Assembly: GCA_903877165.1 (NCBI GenBank)
Contig: CAIRCU010000006.1
Span: 2,580 to 66,579, forward strand
From: Methanobacteriota archaeon
GTDB lineage: Archaea > Thermoplasmatota > E2 > DHVEG-1
Length of the DNA stretch: 64,000 nt
Reading direction: 5' to 3'
The translations under genes were made by a program, and so were the position numbers. The notes under the pieces are model-generated. The model was not told the origin of the DNA, did no database searches, and worked only from the letters and a program-made list of their open reading frames with translations. This document shows positions 7,871-16,285 of this stretch, piece by piece. How positions within the stretch are numbered: the first letter of the stretch is position 1; each line of letters starts with the position of its first letter.

Positions 7871-9559
7871 TTAAGGTTTAGGACCCGCCGCGCTCTGAAT
7901 CTTCCCCCATGTGTCCCGCAGTTCCGTCGTGCGGTTCAAGACGAGATGGCCGGGGGTCGTGTCAGTGTCGACGCAGAAGTACCCGAGGCGTTCGAACTGG
8001 AAGCGATCTAGCGGCTTGCAGGTCTTGACCGCTGGCTCGACCTTACACTGCTGCAGGATCTCCAGGGATTGGGGGTTCAGGAGCGTCTTATAGTCGGCGC
8101 CCTTCTGATCCAGGGGATCGCGTACCGTGAACAGCTTGTTGTACAATCGGACTTCAGCGTCCACGGCGTCCGATGCGGACACCCAGTGGATCGTTGACTT
8201 CACCTTCCGGCCGTCCGGGGCGTACCCGCCCTTGGTCGCCGGGTCGTACGTGCAGCGCAGCTCCACGACCTTTCCATCGCGTTTGACGACATCCCGGCAG
8301 GTGATGAAATACGCGTAGCGCAGCCGTACCTCGCGGCCCAGGGCGAGACGGTAGAACTTCGGCGGCGGCTGCTCCATGAAGTCGTCCTGTTCGATGTACA
8401 GGGTCTTGGAGAACGGGATCCGCCGCGAGCCCATGCCCGGGTCCTCAGGGTTGTTGACGGCGTCGACCTCCTCCTTGGTCTCCGGGTAGTTCTCAATCGT
8501 CACTTTCAATGGCCTTAGGACGCCCATGTACCGCGGCGCGGTCTTGTTGAGATCCTCGCGGATGCAGTACTCGAGGAACTCGAAGTCCACGATGCTGTTG
8601 ACCTTGGCGACACCGATGCGCTTGGCGAACGTCCGGATCCCTGAGGGTGAGTACCCGCGTCTGCGCATCCCGGAGATCGTCGGAAGCCTTGGGTCGTCCC
8701 AGCCTTTGACGAGGCCGTCATTCACGAGTTGCAGTAGCAGCCGTTTGCTCATCACCGTGAAGGTGAGGTTAAGGCGGGCGAACTCGATTTGCTGCGGGTG
8801 GTACACGCCGAGGGCGTCCAGGAACCAGTCGTACAGCGGACGGTGGTTCTCGAACTCAAGTGTGCAGATCGAATGCGTGATGTGCTCGATGGAGTCCTCG
8901 AGGCCGTGCGCCCAGTCGTACATTGGGTAAATACACCATTTATCCCCTGTGTTGTGATGGGTGGCGCGCAGGATGCGGTACATCACCGGGTCGCGCATGT
9001 TGAGGTTCGGGTGGTTCATGTCGATCTTTGCGCGCAGGACCTTGGAGCCGTCCGGGAACTCCCCGGCCTTCATGCGGCGGAACAACGAAAGGTTCTCGTC
9101 GATGGAGCGGTCGCGGTACGGGCTCTTCGTCCCTGGATTGGTGAGGGTGCCACGCAGCTCCGCGATCTGGTCCGCGGTGAGGTCGTCGACGTACGCCTTG
9201 CCTTTCTTGACAAGGTCTTCTGCGTACGTGTACATCTGGTCGAAATAGTCGGAGGCATAGAACAATCTGTCCTGCCAGTCGAAGCCGAGCCATTTGACGT
9301 CCGTGATGATGGACTGGACGTACTCCTCTTCTTCTTTGGCTGGGTTGGTGTCGTCGAAGCGCAGGTTGCATTTGCCGTTGTACTGCTCGGCGATGCCGAA
9401 GTTCAGGCAGATGGATTTCGCATGGCCGATGTGCAGGTAGCCGTTTGGCTCCGGTGGGAACCGGGTATGTACGCGTCCCTGGTACTTGTTGGACGCGAGG
9501 TCCGCGTCGATGATCTCTCGGATGAAGTCCTTGCTTGCCTGCGGCTCGGCCATCTTCAC
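7871..9559 (-). CDS. glnS: glutaminyl-tRNA synthetase, bacterial-type
   Basis: Full-length collinear similarity to E. coli GlnRS, including [27 protein letters not shown] (HIGH), [14 protein letters not shown] (KMSKS), WCIYPMYD and the C-terminal anticodon-binding beta-barrels (HWVSA...FQFERLGYF). Confidence 0.9.
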   Translation of the reverse strand: MKMAEPQASKDFIREIIDADLASNKYQGRVHTRFPPEPNGYLHIGHAKSICLNFGIAEQYNGKCNLRFDDTNPAKEEEEYVQSIITDVKWLGFDWQDRLFYASDYFDQMYTYAEDLVKKGKAYVDDLTADQIAELRGTLTNPGTKSPYRDRSIDENLSLFRRMKAGEFPDGSKVLRAKIDMNHPNLNMRDPVMYRILRATHHNTGDKWCIYPMYDWAHGLEDSIEHITHSICTLEFENHRPLYDWFLDALGVYHPQQIEFARLNLTFTVMSKRLLLQLVNDGLVKGWDDPRLPTISGMRRRGYSPSGIRTFAKRIGVAKVNSIVDFEFLEYCIREDLNKTAPRYMGVLRPLKVTIENYPETKEEVDAVNNPEDPGMGSRRIPFSKTLYIEQDDFMEQPPPKFYRLALGREVRLRYAYFITCRDVVKRDGKVVELRCTYDPATKGGYAPDGRKVKSTIHWVSASDAVDAEVRLYNKLFTVRDPLDQKGADYKTLLNPQSLEILQQCKVEPAVKTCKPLDRFQFERLGYFCVDTDTTPGHLVLNRTTELRDTWGKIQSAAGPKP

Positions 9560-9584
9560 ATCTCCCTTTTCTTGTGGTGATGAA

Positions 9585-9656
9585 GCAGCCCCGAGCGGAT
9601 TCGAACCGCTGACAAGAGATCCAGAGTCTCCTATGTTAACCGCTACACCACGGGGC
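9585..9656 (-). tRNA. tRNA-Gln (anticodon CUG), archaeal-type
   Basis: Manual fold gives acceptor AGCCCCG/CGGGGCU, D-arm GTGT-AGCGGTTA-ACAT, anticodon stem GGAGA/TCTCT with loop CTCTGGA (anticodon CTG), and T-arm AGCGG-TTCGAAT-CCGCT. The discriminator is G73 and there is no encoded CCA. Confidence 0.85.
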
Positions 9657-9789
9657 TATGCGACTTGGGTGAAACAGAGAGCAGATAAAAAAAGGTAGCT
9701 ATAATACTTTTCAGGGCGTCCCGGCGCGATAGACGGGTGGGAGAAGCCCGTGTTGAGGACGGGGGACGCGAAAGGAGAGGCAGTGCGGT

Positions 9790-10059
9790 TTATCCTTTGG
9801 TGAACAGGATGTTGCCGGAGGGGGTCATGGCCTGGAGGGATTCGTTGTTCTCGATGTAGAGGGTCAGGTGCTGTCCCTGAATCTCGCAGCCCAACAGGAC
9901 GTAGTCCGTGGCGTCCACTGGGTAGAGCAGGATGTTGGGGATGAGGGTCCCTTGGGTGGTTTCCCCTGAGTCGAGGCTCAGTTCAACCGTGGCCTGGGTC
10001 TGAGTGATGCTTGCGTTCAGGGTCTGCGTCCAGTTGCCGTTGATGTCGAAGGTGTCCAT
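9790..10059 (-). CDS. C-terminal portion of a secreted protein; same frame as 10108-10731, separated by a single TAA (possible pseudogene or read-through)
   Basis: Same reading frame as the upstream ORF. The 16 codons between them encode KIPVAYTYPDLTGNWT, continuing a GNWT motif that recurs right after the Met (DINGNWT). Confidence 0.4.
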   Translation of the reverse strand: MDTFDINGNWTQTLNASITQTQATVELSLDSGETTQGTLIPNILLYPVDATDYVLLGCEIQGQHLTLYIENNESLQAMTPSGNILFTKG

Positions 10060-10107
10060 GGTCCAGTTTCCGGTGAGGTCCGGGTACGTGTATGCGACCG
10101 GGATTTT

Positions 10108-10731
10108 TTAGAACGTGACGTTGACGTCGTCGAGGTAGTACGTGCGGCTCGTCTCCCAGGTGCCCCAGACGCCGATGCTTATGTAGAGCGTGCCGGTGGC
10201 ACTTGAGGTCGCGACGAAGTCGTAGGATTTCGGGAACCAGATGAGGTTGGTGGTGTTCACGCCGTTCCCGGTCTCATCTTGGTAGATGAGTCCTGCTGAG
10301 GCTGGGGGTTCGGCGGTGACGCTGGTGATGATGCGGAAGAGGTTCATGCCGTAGTCCGAGGTGCCGAACTGGTAGGAGACCGAGATGTAGTACTGGGATG
10401 TTGGGTCGACGTGGAAGGCGCGTTGGATCCAGATCTTGCCTGCATCGTTGAGGTTGTCCAGCTGGAGTTGGAGGCTGGTGGTGCCGTCCATTGCTTGGGT
10501 GGTGGTCCGGTTGATCCACCAGTGGACTGGCGGGTCGAGAAGGTCGGTGCCGTTCGCGGTCCAGTTGTCCATGGATGTTTCGAAGGATGATCTGGTGGAA
10601 TTGACGTGCGGCTGCGAGGGAGGTGGGTGTTGGGTCGCAGGGGTGCTGGTGTAGATGATGGCGATGCCGATGGCGGTCAGGGAGAAGACGATGAGGCAGA
10701 TGATGAGAATAGCTTTAGTCGCAAGGCGCAT
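10108..10731 (-). CDS. secreted/membrane-anchored protein, N-terminal portion (signal-anchor), unknown function
   Basis: It has an N-terminal hydrophobic helix (AILIICLIVFSLTAIGIAIIY) and a Ser/Thr/Asn-rich extracellular domain. It ends at a TAA and continues in frame into 9790-10059. Confidence 0.5.
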   Translation of the reverse strand: MRLATKAILIICLIVFSLTAIGIAIIYTSTPATQHPPPSQPHVNSTRSSFETSMDNWTANGTDLLDPPVHWWINRTTTQAMDGTTSLQLQLDNLNDAGKIWIQRAFHVDPTSQYYISVSYQFGTSDYGMNLFRIITSVTAEPPASAGLIYQDETGNGVNTTNLIWFPKSYDFVATSSATGTLYISIGVWGTWETSRTYYLDDVNVTF

Positions 10732-10812
10732 AGGAGTCTCCTGCGGGTCTGCGTAAGGTGTTCCGCGCTTTTTACCCTTGTGGAAAATGTTGGGGATTCA
10801 CCGAACCACGAT

Positions 10813-11262
10813 TTATGGGAACAGGCGGTAGACTGTCACGTTATCCCAAATGCTTTGTCCATCCTGAAAAGTGACTCTCACCCCTAACGTTGGAGCATGC
10901 CCAAAGATCGGTACTGGGATTGGATTCACAGGCCAGCCGAAAGGCGGTGCAGTCTGAATGCTCCCTTGTCCGTCATAGTAGACCATAATGAGCACAATAC
11001 CATCACCGCCGCTGATAGAGATTCCCATTGGTATCTCACGCTTGAAACGGTAATGCAGGAAAAGTGGAACGGAGTAGTTCGCGATCTTATGGTCGTTCCA
11101 ATACAGCCCGTTCTCTGGGGTATTGTGGAATGCGATTGGATCCTGCATGACGGTGGATGTCTTGTACGAAGGAACCGTTCCAGCGACCGTCAGCGGGGCG
11201 ATGAGACAAAGACAGACGATGACGAGTCCGACACTCTTTCCCCCATTCCGTTTCCCCGGCAT
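10813..11262 (-). CDS. small secreted protein (signal-anchor), unknown function
   Basis: 149 aa. An N-terminal basic stretch is followed by a hydrophobic helix (VGLVIVCLCLIAPLTVAG). Confidence 0.45.
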   Translation of the reverse strand: MPGKRNGGKSVGLVIVCLCLIAPLTVAGTVPSYKTSTVMQDPIAFHNTPENGLYWNDHKIANYSVPLFLHYRFKREIPMGISISGGDGIVLIMVYYDGQGSIQTAPPFGWPVNPIPVPIFGHAPTLGVRVTFQDGQSIWDNVTVYRLFP

Positions 11263-11440
11263 ACAAATCGCTCCTTAAGTAGTAAGAATACAACGATGTC
11301 TACTTATTTTTTTCGTAAATGCTATTTAAAGACGAGTTCGGTTTTATTAGAGAAGGAAGTAGCCGTTGCGGCTTTCCTGTGTGTTTCGTCATGGTCTCTT
11401 TGGTTTTTTCGAGGCAAAAAATATATAGGATGGCAGATAT

Positions 11441-13063
11441 TTGTTACACCGGGTTCGTATGAGAGGAGTAGCAATCCTGGTTGTCTGCATCGTCCTAATG
11501 CAAGGGATGCTGGTTATCGCGGGTGAAAACTCGGGACAAACGGGGATGTCGCGGGAAGAGATGCTGAAGTATCAGTCTTCTTGGGAAGTGAGTGGTTCTG
11601 GCAAAGCTCTCACATCCAACGCCATAAGTGAGATCCCTTCGATGCAGAGTGCGTCCCCATTATCGTTCACGGAGGGCCCTATGGATTCGCCCTGGCCAAT
11701 GCTGAGCCATGACAGTGTTCATTCCGGTAGAAGTCAATACAGCACGAAAAACGTTTCTGGGGCAGAACTATGGCAGGTTCATGGGGACTCTTCAGGGGAA
11801 GTATGGAGTTCAGCAGTGATTGATAAAAATGGCACCATTTACTTTGGTACACTTGGTTCCGATTCAGGTTTGTATGCCTTGTATCCGAACGGGACAAGAA
11901 TATGGAGATACCATGCACATGACTTGATTTGGTGCACACCTGCTCTTGCGGAAGATGGCACCATTTATTTCGGCACCTGGGGCTCCTATTTCACTGCTGT
12001 GAAACCAAATGGACAAGAGAAATGGTTATACCCTGCAGGGATGTGTTACTCTCCCGCAATCGCAAAGGATGGCACAATCTATTTTGGTACAGACAGTCGC
12101 TTTGTGTACGCCTTGAACCCAAATGGGACGCTGAAATGGCGGTATCTGACCGGGTATATCGTCTTGGGATGCCCCGCTCTGGGAAGCGATGGCACAATCT
12201 ATATTGGCTCCGGTGACTACAACCTCTACGCCCTCAACCCCAACGGCACTCTCCGCTGGCTTTTCCACACCGGCGGCTACATCAAAGGATCCGCCTCCAT
12301 CGCACCAGATGGCACAATATACGTGCCAAGCTTCGATGGCTACTTGTACGCAGTAAACCCGAATGGGACATTGCGATGGAAGGCATCTACCGGCGGGAGC
12401 GTTGCTGGCGCCGGGGTCGCCCTAGCCGCTGATGGAACAATCTACATCGGTACCGATCAGCTCCGGGCATTCTATCCCAATGGCACCCTGAAATGGTGTA
12501 CCAACGTACAAGGATATGTCTCTGCCACAGTCCCTGCGGTCTCCGGTGATGGCACGATTTTCGTAACCGGTGGAAGTAACCTGGTCGCCGTGAACCCGGA
12601 TGGAACGGTGAAATGGCGCTCCACGATTTCTAACGAGCAGTGCCATTCATCACCCTGCATTGGTCCAAACGACCGGGTCTACGTCGGCTCCATTTATCGA
12701 GACTATGGGTATCTCCATGCGTTTGGGCCCGGTGAGCCGAAGAAAATCGAGATTCTCCAGCCGCAGCTAGGGCATCTCTACATCTTTGACAATGACCATG
12801 GACGGACACTCTTTAACCGTACTGTCATCATCGGAGCGGTCACCATCAAGGTGAACGTCTACAGTCCGGACGAGATCATCAACGTCTCATTCTATATCGA
12901 TGACTTCCATGCTTCCGTCACCAGCCCTCCGTATGAATGGAGAATGGACCAGAGGTACGGAAAAAAACCGCTGATGAAAGGCTCCATTACCGTGGTTGGG
13001 TACTACAAGGGTGGACCATCCTGGACCGAGTCGATGCCCGTGGTCTACTTCCATCTCCTTTAA
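11441..13063 (+). CDS. secreted PQQ-like beta-propeller repeat protein
   Basis: It has a signal peptide and about 8 tandem 40-aa repeats of the form DGTIYFGT...LYALNPNGTLKW(R), the PQQ-repeat/beta-propeller pattern. Confidence 0.75.
   Translation: MLHRVRMRGVAILVVCIVLMQGMLVIAGENSGQTGMSREEMLKYQSSWEVSGSGKALTSNAISEIPSMQSASPLSFTEGPMDSPWPMLSHDSVHSGRSQYSTKNVSGAELWQVHGDSSGEVWSSAVIDKNGTIYFGTLGSDSGLYALYPNGTRIWRYHAHDLIWCTPALAEDGTIYFGTWGSYFTAVKPNGQEKWLYPAGMCYSPAIAKDGTIYFGTDSRFVYALNPNGTLKWRYLTGYIVLGCPALGSDGTIYIGSGDYNLYALNPNGTLRWLFHTGGYIKGSASIAPDGTIYVPSFDGYLYAVNPNGTLRWKASTGGSVAGAGVALAADGTIYIGTDQLRAFYPNGTLKWCTNVQGYVSATVPAVSGDGTIFVTGGSNLVAVNPDGTVKWRSTISNEQCHSSPCIGPNDRVYVGSIYRDYGYLHAFGPGEPKKIEILQPQLGHLYIFDNDHGRTLFNRTVIIGAVTIKVNVYSPDEIINVSFYIDDFHASVTSPPYEWRMDQRYGKKPLMKGSITVVGYYKGGPSWTESMPVVYFHLL
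11880..12620 (+). repeat. intragenic tandem ~120-nt repeats encoding PQQ-type blades
   Basis: Recurring gatggcac(a/c)at(t/c)ta... and ccaaatgggac(a/g)ctgaaatgg units lie inside the propeller gene. Confidence 0.5.
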
Positions 13064-13126
13064 AATACGGTATCCCCTTGGAAAGCAACAGTTAAAACAT
13101 CCTTCTGATATCCAAGCCTTAGTCTT

Positions 13127-13534
13127 ATGCACGAATGGGCACTTGCCGAATCCATCCTTGCCGCCGCAGAGAAAACCGCGACACAAGAACACCTTAAAAC
13201 CATCAAGGAACTCACCATCAACCTCGGTGAACTGCAGCAGATCGACCGTGGCATCCTGCGCTTCGCCCTCAAAGCACTTGCCGACGAACACCCAAGCTTC
13301 ACGAAAGCGAAATTCGTTTTCAAGACCGAAAAAAGCCAGTTCACCTGCAACGTCTGCGCCCACACCTGGGATTACAAGGACCTGAAAAAAACCCTCGGCG
13401 CAACCGAGGCAGAGGCCGTCCATTTCATCCCCGAGGCCGCGCTCGCGTACGTCCGCTGCGTCCGCTGCGGCAGCCCGGACTTCCAGATCACCAAAGGCCG
13501 CGGCGTCACCCTCGCTACCGTGAAAGGAACCTGA
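13127..13534 (+). CDS. hypA: hydrogenase nickel-incorporation protein HypA
   Basis: MHEWALAESI at the N-terminus, and CxxC...CxxC (CNVCAH...CVRCGSPDFQITKGRGV) with HFIPE. It is nearly collinear with Thermococcus HypA, which is about 139 aa. Confidence 0.8.
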   Translation: MHEWALAESILAAAEKTATQEHLKTIKELTINLGELQQIDRGILRFALKALADEHPSFTKAKFVFKTEKSQFTCNVCAHTWDYKDLKKTLGATEAEAVHFIPEAALAYVRCVRCGSPDFQITKGRGVTLATVKGT

Positions 13535-13538
13535 GAGC

Positions 13539-14285
13539 ATGGATCCCCGACCCTCCATCATCGCCACCCGGTTCGCCCGCATCAAGACCGTGATCGCGGT
13601 CGCCAGCGGCAAAGGCGGCGTCGGTAAAAGTATGATAGCCGCCACACTCGCACTTTCTCTCGCAAAAAACCACCGCGTCGGCCTCTTCGACCTCGACGTC
13701 TATGGACCCTCAGCCCACCTCATCCTCGGAGCTTCTGACCTCCAACCCACGGAGGACAAAGGCCTCGTCCCACCCCGCATCAGCAACGTCTCTTTCATGA
13801 GCCCTGTGTTCTTCACCCAAGGGAGAGCCTCTCCGCTGCGCGGCTCTGACGTCACCAACATGATCCTCGAACTCCTCGCCATCACCCAATGGAGGAAACT
13901 GGACTATCTCATCCTGGATATGCCCCCGGGCATCGGCGACGAGACCCTGGACGTCATCCGCTTCGTCCCCAACTGTACCTTCCTCGTCGTCACCACGCCC
14001 TCCAAGGTCGCGATGGGCGCGGTCGACAAACTCCTCGACATCCTGCAGGAACTCCACCGCCCCATCATCGGAATCCTAGAGAACATGGCAACCGAACCCT
14101 CACCTATCAAAGACGACATCACGAAGCGCAGTCTGCGCTACCTCGGCAGCCTCCCCTACGACCCGTCCCTTGAGGCCGCACTCGGACACCCAGAAAAGAT
14201 ACTGACAACACCTTTCGGACAATCCCTTCGCCGCCTCCTCCCAGCAATCGAACGCTACGAGACCGCGGCTTCCTCAAACAAGTAA
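13539..14285 (+). CDS. Mrp/MinD-family P-loop ATPase lacking the Fe-S CxxC motif; probable HypB-type Ni-insertion partner of HypA
   Basis: IAVASGKGGVGKS is a deviant Walker A, and the fold is ParA/Mrp. No CPxC follows the ENMA segment. It is tightly linked to hypA (4 nt gap), as with the Mrp/MinD-type HypB of Thermococcus kodakarensis. Confidence 0.6.
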   Translation: MDPRPSIIATRFARIKTVIAVASGKGGVGKSMIAATLALSLAKNHRVGLFDLDVYGPSAHLILGASDLQPTEDKGLVPPRISNVSFMSPVFFTQGRASPLRGSDVTNMILELLAITQWRKLDYLILDMPPGIGDETLDVIRFVPNCTFLVVTTPSKVAMGAVDKLLDILQELHRPIIGILENMATEPSPIKDDITKRSLRYLGSLPYDPSLEAALGHPEKILTTPFGQSLRRLLPAIERYETAASSNK

Positions 14286-15526
14286 GTACGGGCCTCACCC
14301 ACCGTGAACAACGACCCGGTCACGCAAATCAAATCCTGCTCCCCCGCGACACTCATCGCTGTCCCCAGCGCCTCTGGAACCGTCGCGCAGACAAGGACAT
14401 CTTGTTTCTCCGCAAGCGACCGCGCCAGCTCCAGCAGCTCCTGCGGTTGACACGCCCGCGGGTTCGACGACCTCGTCAACACCACCGTGGACGCCACCGG
14501 CATGATGATCTCCAGCATCCGCCGGACATCCTTATCATGACAGATCCCCACCACTAATACGATATTCATCTCCGGGAAATCCTGATCCAGCGTCTCCCGC
14601 AGCATCGCCATCCCATGCGGATTATGCGCCCCATCCAGCACGATTAGCGGCTCATCCGAGACGACCTCCATCCTCCCCGGGTTGAACGCCTCAGTAATCC
14701 CCTCAGTAATCGCCTGATCCGAAATGAACACACCCTGCACCTGCAGCTGCTCAAGAGCAGCAAGCGCCACAGCGACATTCTGCCCCTGGTACACCCCAAG
14801 CATCCCGGTACTCACGGTATATTCCCGCAGCTCCCCCTGTACCCGGAACTCCTGCGACGACTGAGAACGACTCGTCCGCCTCCACTTCTTGTCATCGACC
14901 ACGACCACCGTTGACCCAAGCTTCGTAGCGGCATCCTTGATGACAGCAAGCGCACTGCCAGAAGCAGCGGTCACCACAGGCACGCTAGCCTTGATAATCC
15001 CCGCCTTCTCAGCGGCGATCTTCTCCTCCGTCTTCCCAAGGATCTCCGTATGCTCCAGCGCAATATTCGTAATCACCGACACAAGAGGAATGATGACATT
15101 CGTGGCGTCGAACCGGCCGCCAAGGCCGACCTCCACCACCGCGTACTCCACTTTCTTCTCCTTGAAATACAGGAACGCCAGCGCCGTCGTGATCTCAAAG
15201 AACGTCGGCGGCTCCCCCTCAGCAATCATCTGTTCAACCACAGGCCGGACTCTGGCCACGTACCGGTCGATGTCCTCACCGCTGATCGGCACATCATCGA
15301 TTACGATGCGTTCCGAGAACCACTGCAGATGTGGAGAGATATACACCCCGACATGGTACCCCGCGGCCTCAAGCACGCTCGCGACGTACTGGCAGACCGA
15401 ACCTTTCCCGTTCGTCCCCGCGACATGCACGCACCGCAGGCCCTTCTGCGGGTCTCCCAGGCGCTGCAACAGGAGCGACACGCGTTCCAACCCGAACTTC
15501 CAGCCGTACTTATCAAAGCTGTACAA
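14255..15526 (-). CDS. folC: folylpolyglutamate synthase / dihydrofolate synthase
   Basis: GLERVSLLLQRLGDPQ...HVAGTNGKGSV (P-loop) and the Mur-ligase fold identify it. The start is uncertain: no ATG/GTG lies near the expected N-terminus, so I set a TTG at 15526. The ORF-track ATG at 15736 would overlap all of purN's 3' end. Confidence 0.7.
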   Translation of the reverse strand: MYSFDKYGWKFGLERVSLLLQRLGDPQKGLRCVHVAGTNGKGSVCQYVASVLEAAGYHVGVYISPHLQWFSERIVIDDVPISGEDIDRYVARVRPVVEQMIAEGEPPTFFEITTALAFLYFKEKKVEYAVVEVGLGGRFDATNVIIPLVSVITNIALEHTEILGKTEEKIAAEKAGIIKASVPVVTAASGSALAVIKDAATKLGSTVVVVDDKKWRRTSRSQSSQEFRVQGELREYTVSTGMLGVYQGQNVAVALAALEQLQVQGVFISDQAITEGITEAFNPGRMEVVSDEPLIVLDGAHNPHGMAMLRETLDQDFPEMNIVLVVGICHDKDVRRMLEIIMPVASTVVLTRSSNPRACQPQELLELARSLAEKQDVLVCATVPEALGTAMSVAGEQDLICVTGSLFTVGEARTYLFEEAAVS

Positions 15527-15548
15527 CCACTGGATCCCAGGCGAATTC

Positions 15549-16220
15549 TCAGTAGCCGTCAGAGTACAGCACCTCAGGATAACACTCGTACTTCGTCTTC
15601 CAGGAATCCCCGGGCAGGATCCGGACGTACCGACCCTCGATAACCAGACGACCCTGCACGAACAACTCGATCGTCCGAGGCAGAACCTGATGCTCCACCT
15701 CAAGGATCCGCTGCGCCAAAGTATCCCTGGTATCACCAGGTAGTACCTTCACCGCGGCCTGCAGGATGATCGGGCCATGATCCATCTCCTCATCCATGAA
15801 ATGCGTCGTGCACCCGGTGATCTTCACGCCGTACTGCAGCGCATCCCCTGGCCCGTTCACCCCTTTGAACGATGGAAGCAGCGCAGGATGGATGTTGATC
15901 AGGCGGCCTTTCCATTTCCGGACGAACTCCGGGGTCAGGACCCGCATGTACCCTGCGCCGACCACCAAGCCCACCTGATGCTGCTCCAAAATGGAGTCAA
16001 TCTGCGACTCATGCATCACCCGATTCTTCCCGACGCACTCGATGCAGTACCAGGGGATGTGGTGCCGCTCCGCGCGCTTCAACGCCTGCGCCTCCGCCCG
16101 GTCACTGATCACGACCGCGACGGTAGCGTTGATCCGCCCATGTTCTGAGGCGTCGATGATGCTTTGCAGATCGGTCCCAGACCCGGATGCGAGCACCGCG
16201 ACTCGAAGACTCTTCCCCAT
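15549..16220 (-). CDS. purN: phosphoribosylglycinamide formyltransferase
   Basis: LRVAVLASGSGTDLQSII, NIHPALLP and the HFMDEEMDHGPII motif are present. I chose the internal Met (MGKSL) as the start. Confidence 0.85.
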   Translation of the reverse strand: MGKSLRVAVLASGSGTDLQSIIDASEHGRINATVAVVISDRAEAQALKRAERHHIPWYCIECVGKNRVMHESQIDSILEQHQVGLVVGAGYMRVLTPEFVRKWKGRLINIHPALLPSFKGVNGPGDALQYGVKITGCTTHFMDEEMDHGPIILQAAVKVLPGDTRDTLAQRILEVEHQVLPRTIELFVQGRLVIEGRYVRILPGDSWKTKYECYPEVLYSDGY

Positions 16221-16285
16221 ATATTCCCTCTGTGTTCTTTTGCACCGAACCATCTACGATGTTTTCAATGTTCCGGCTCCATTTT

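Noticed and set aside
7416-7874. 152-aa ORF overlapping the tRNA-Gln(UUG) gene and the PspC gene end
   Set aside because: It overlaps a tRNA and has an Arg/Ser-rich low-complexity translation.
14889-15743. 284-aa plus-strand ORF antisense to folC
   Set aside because: It is a Ser/Thr/Arg-rich antisense shadow of folC.
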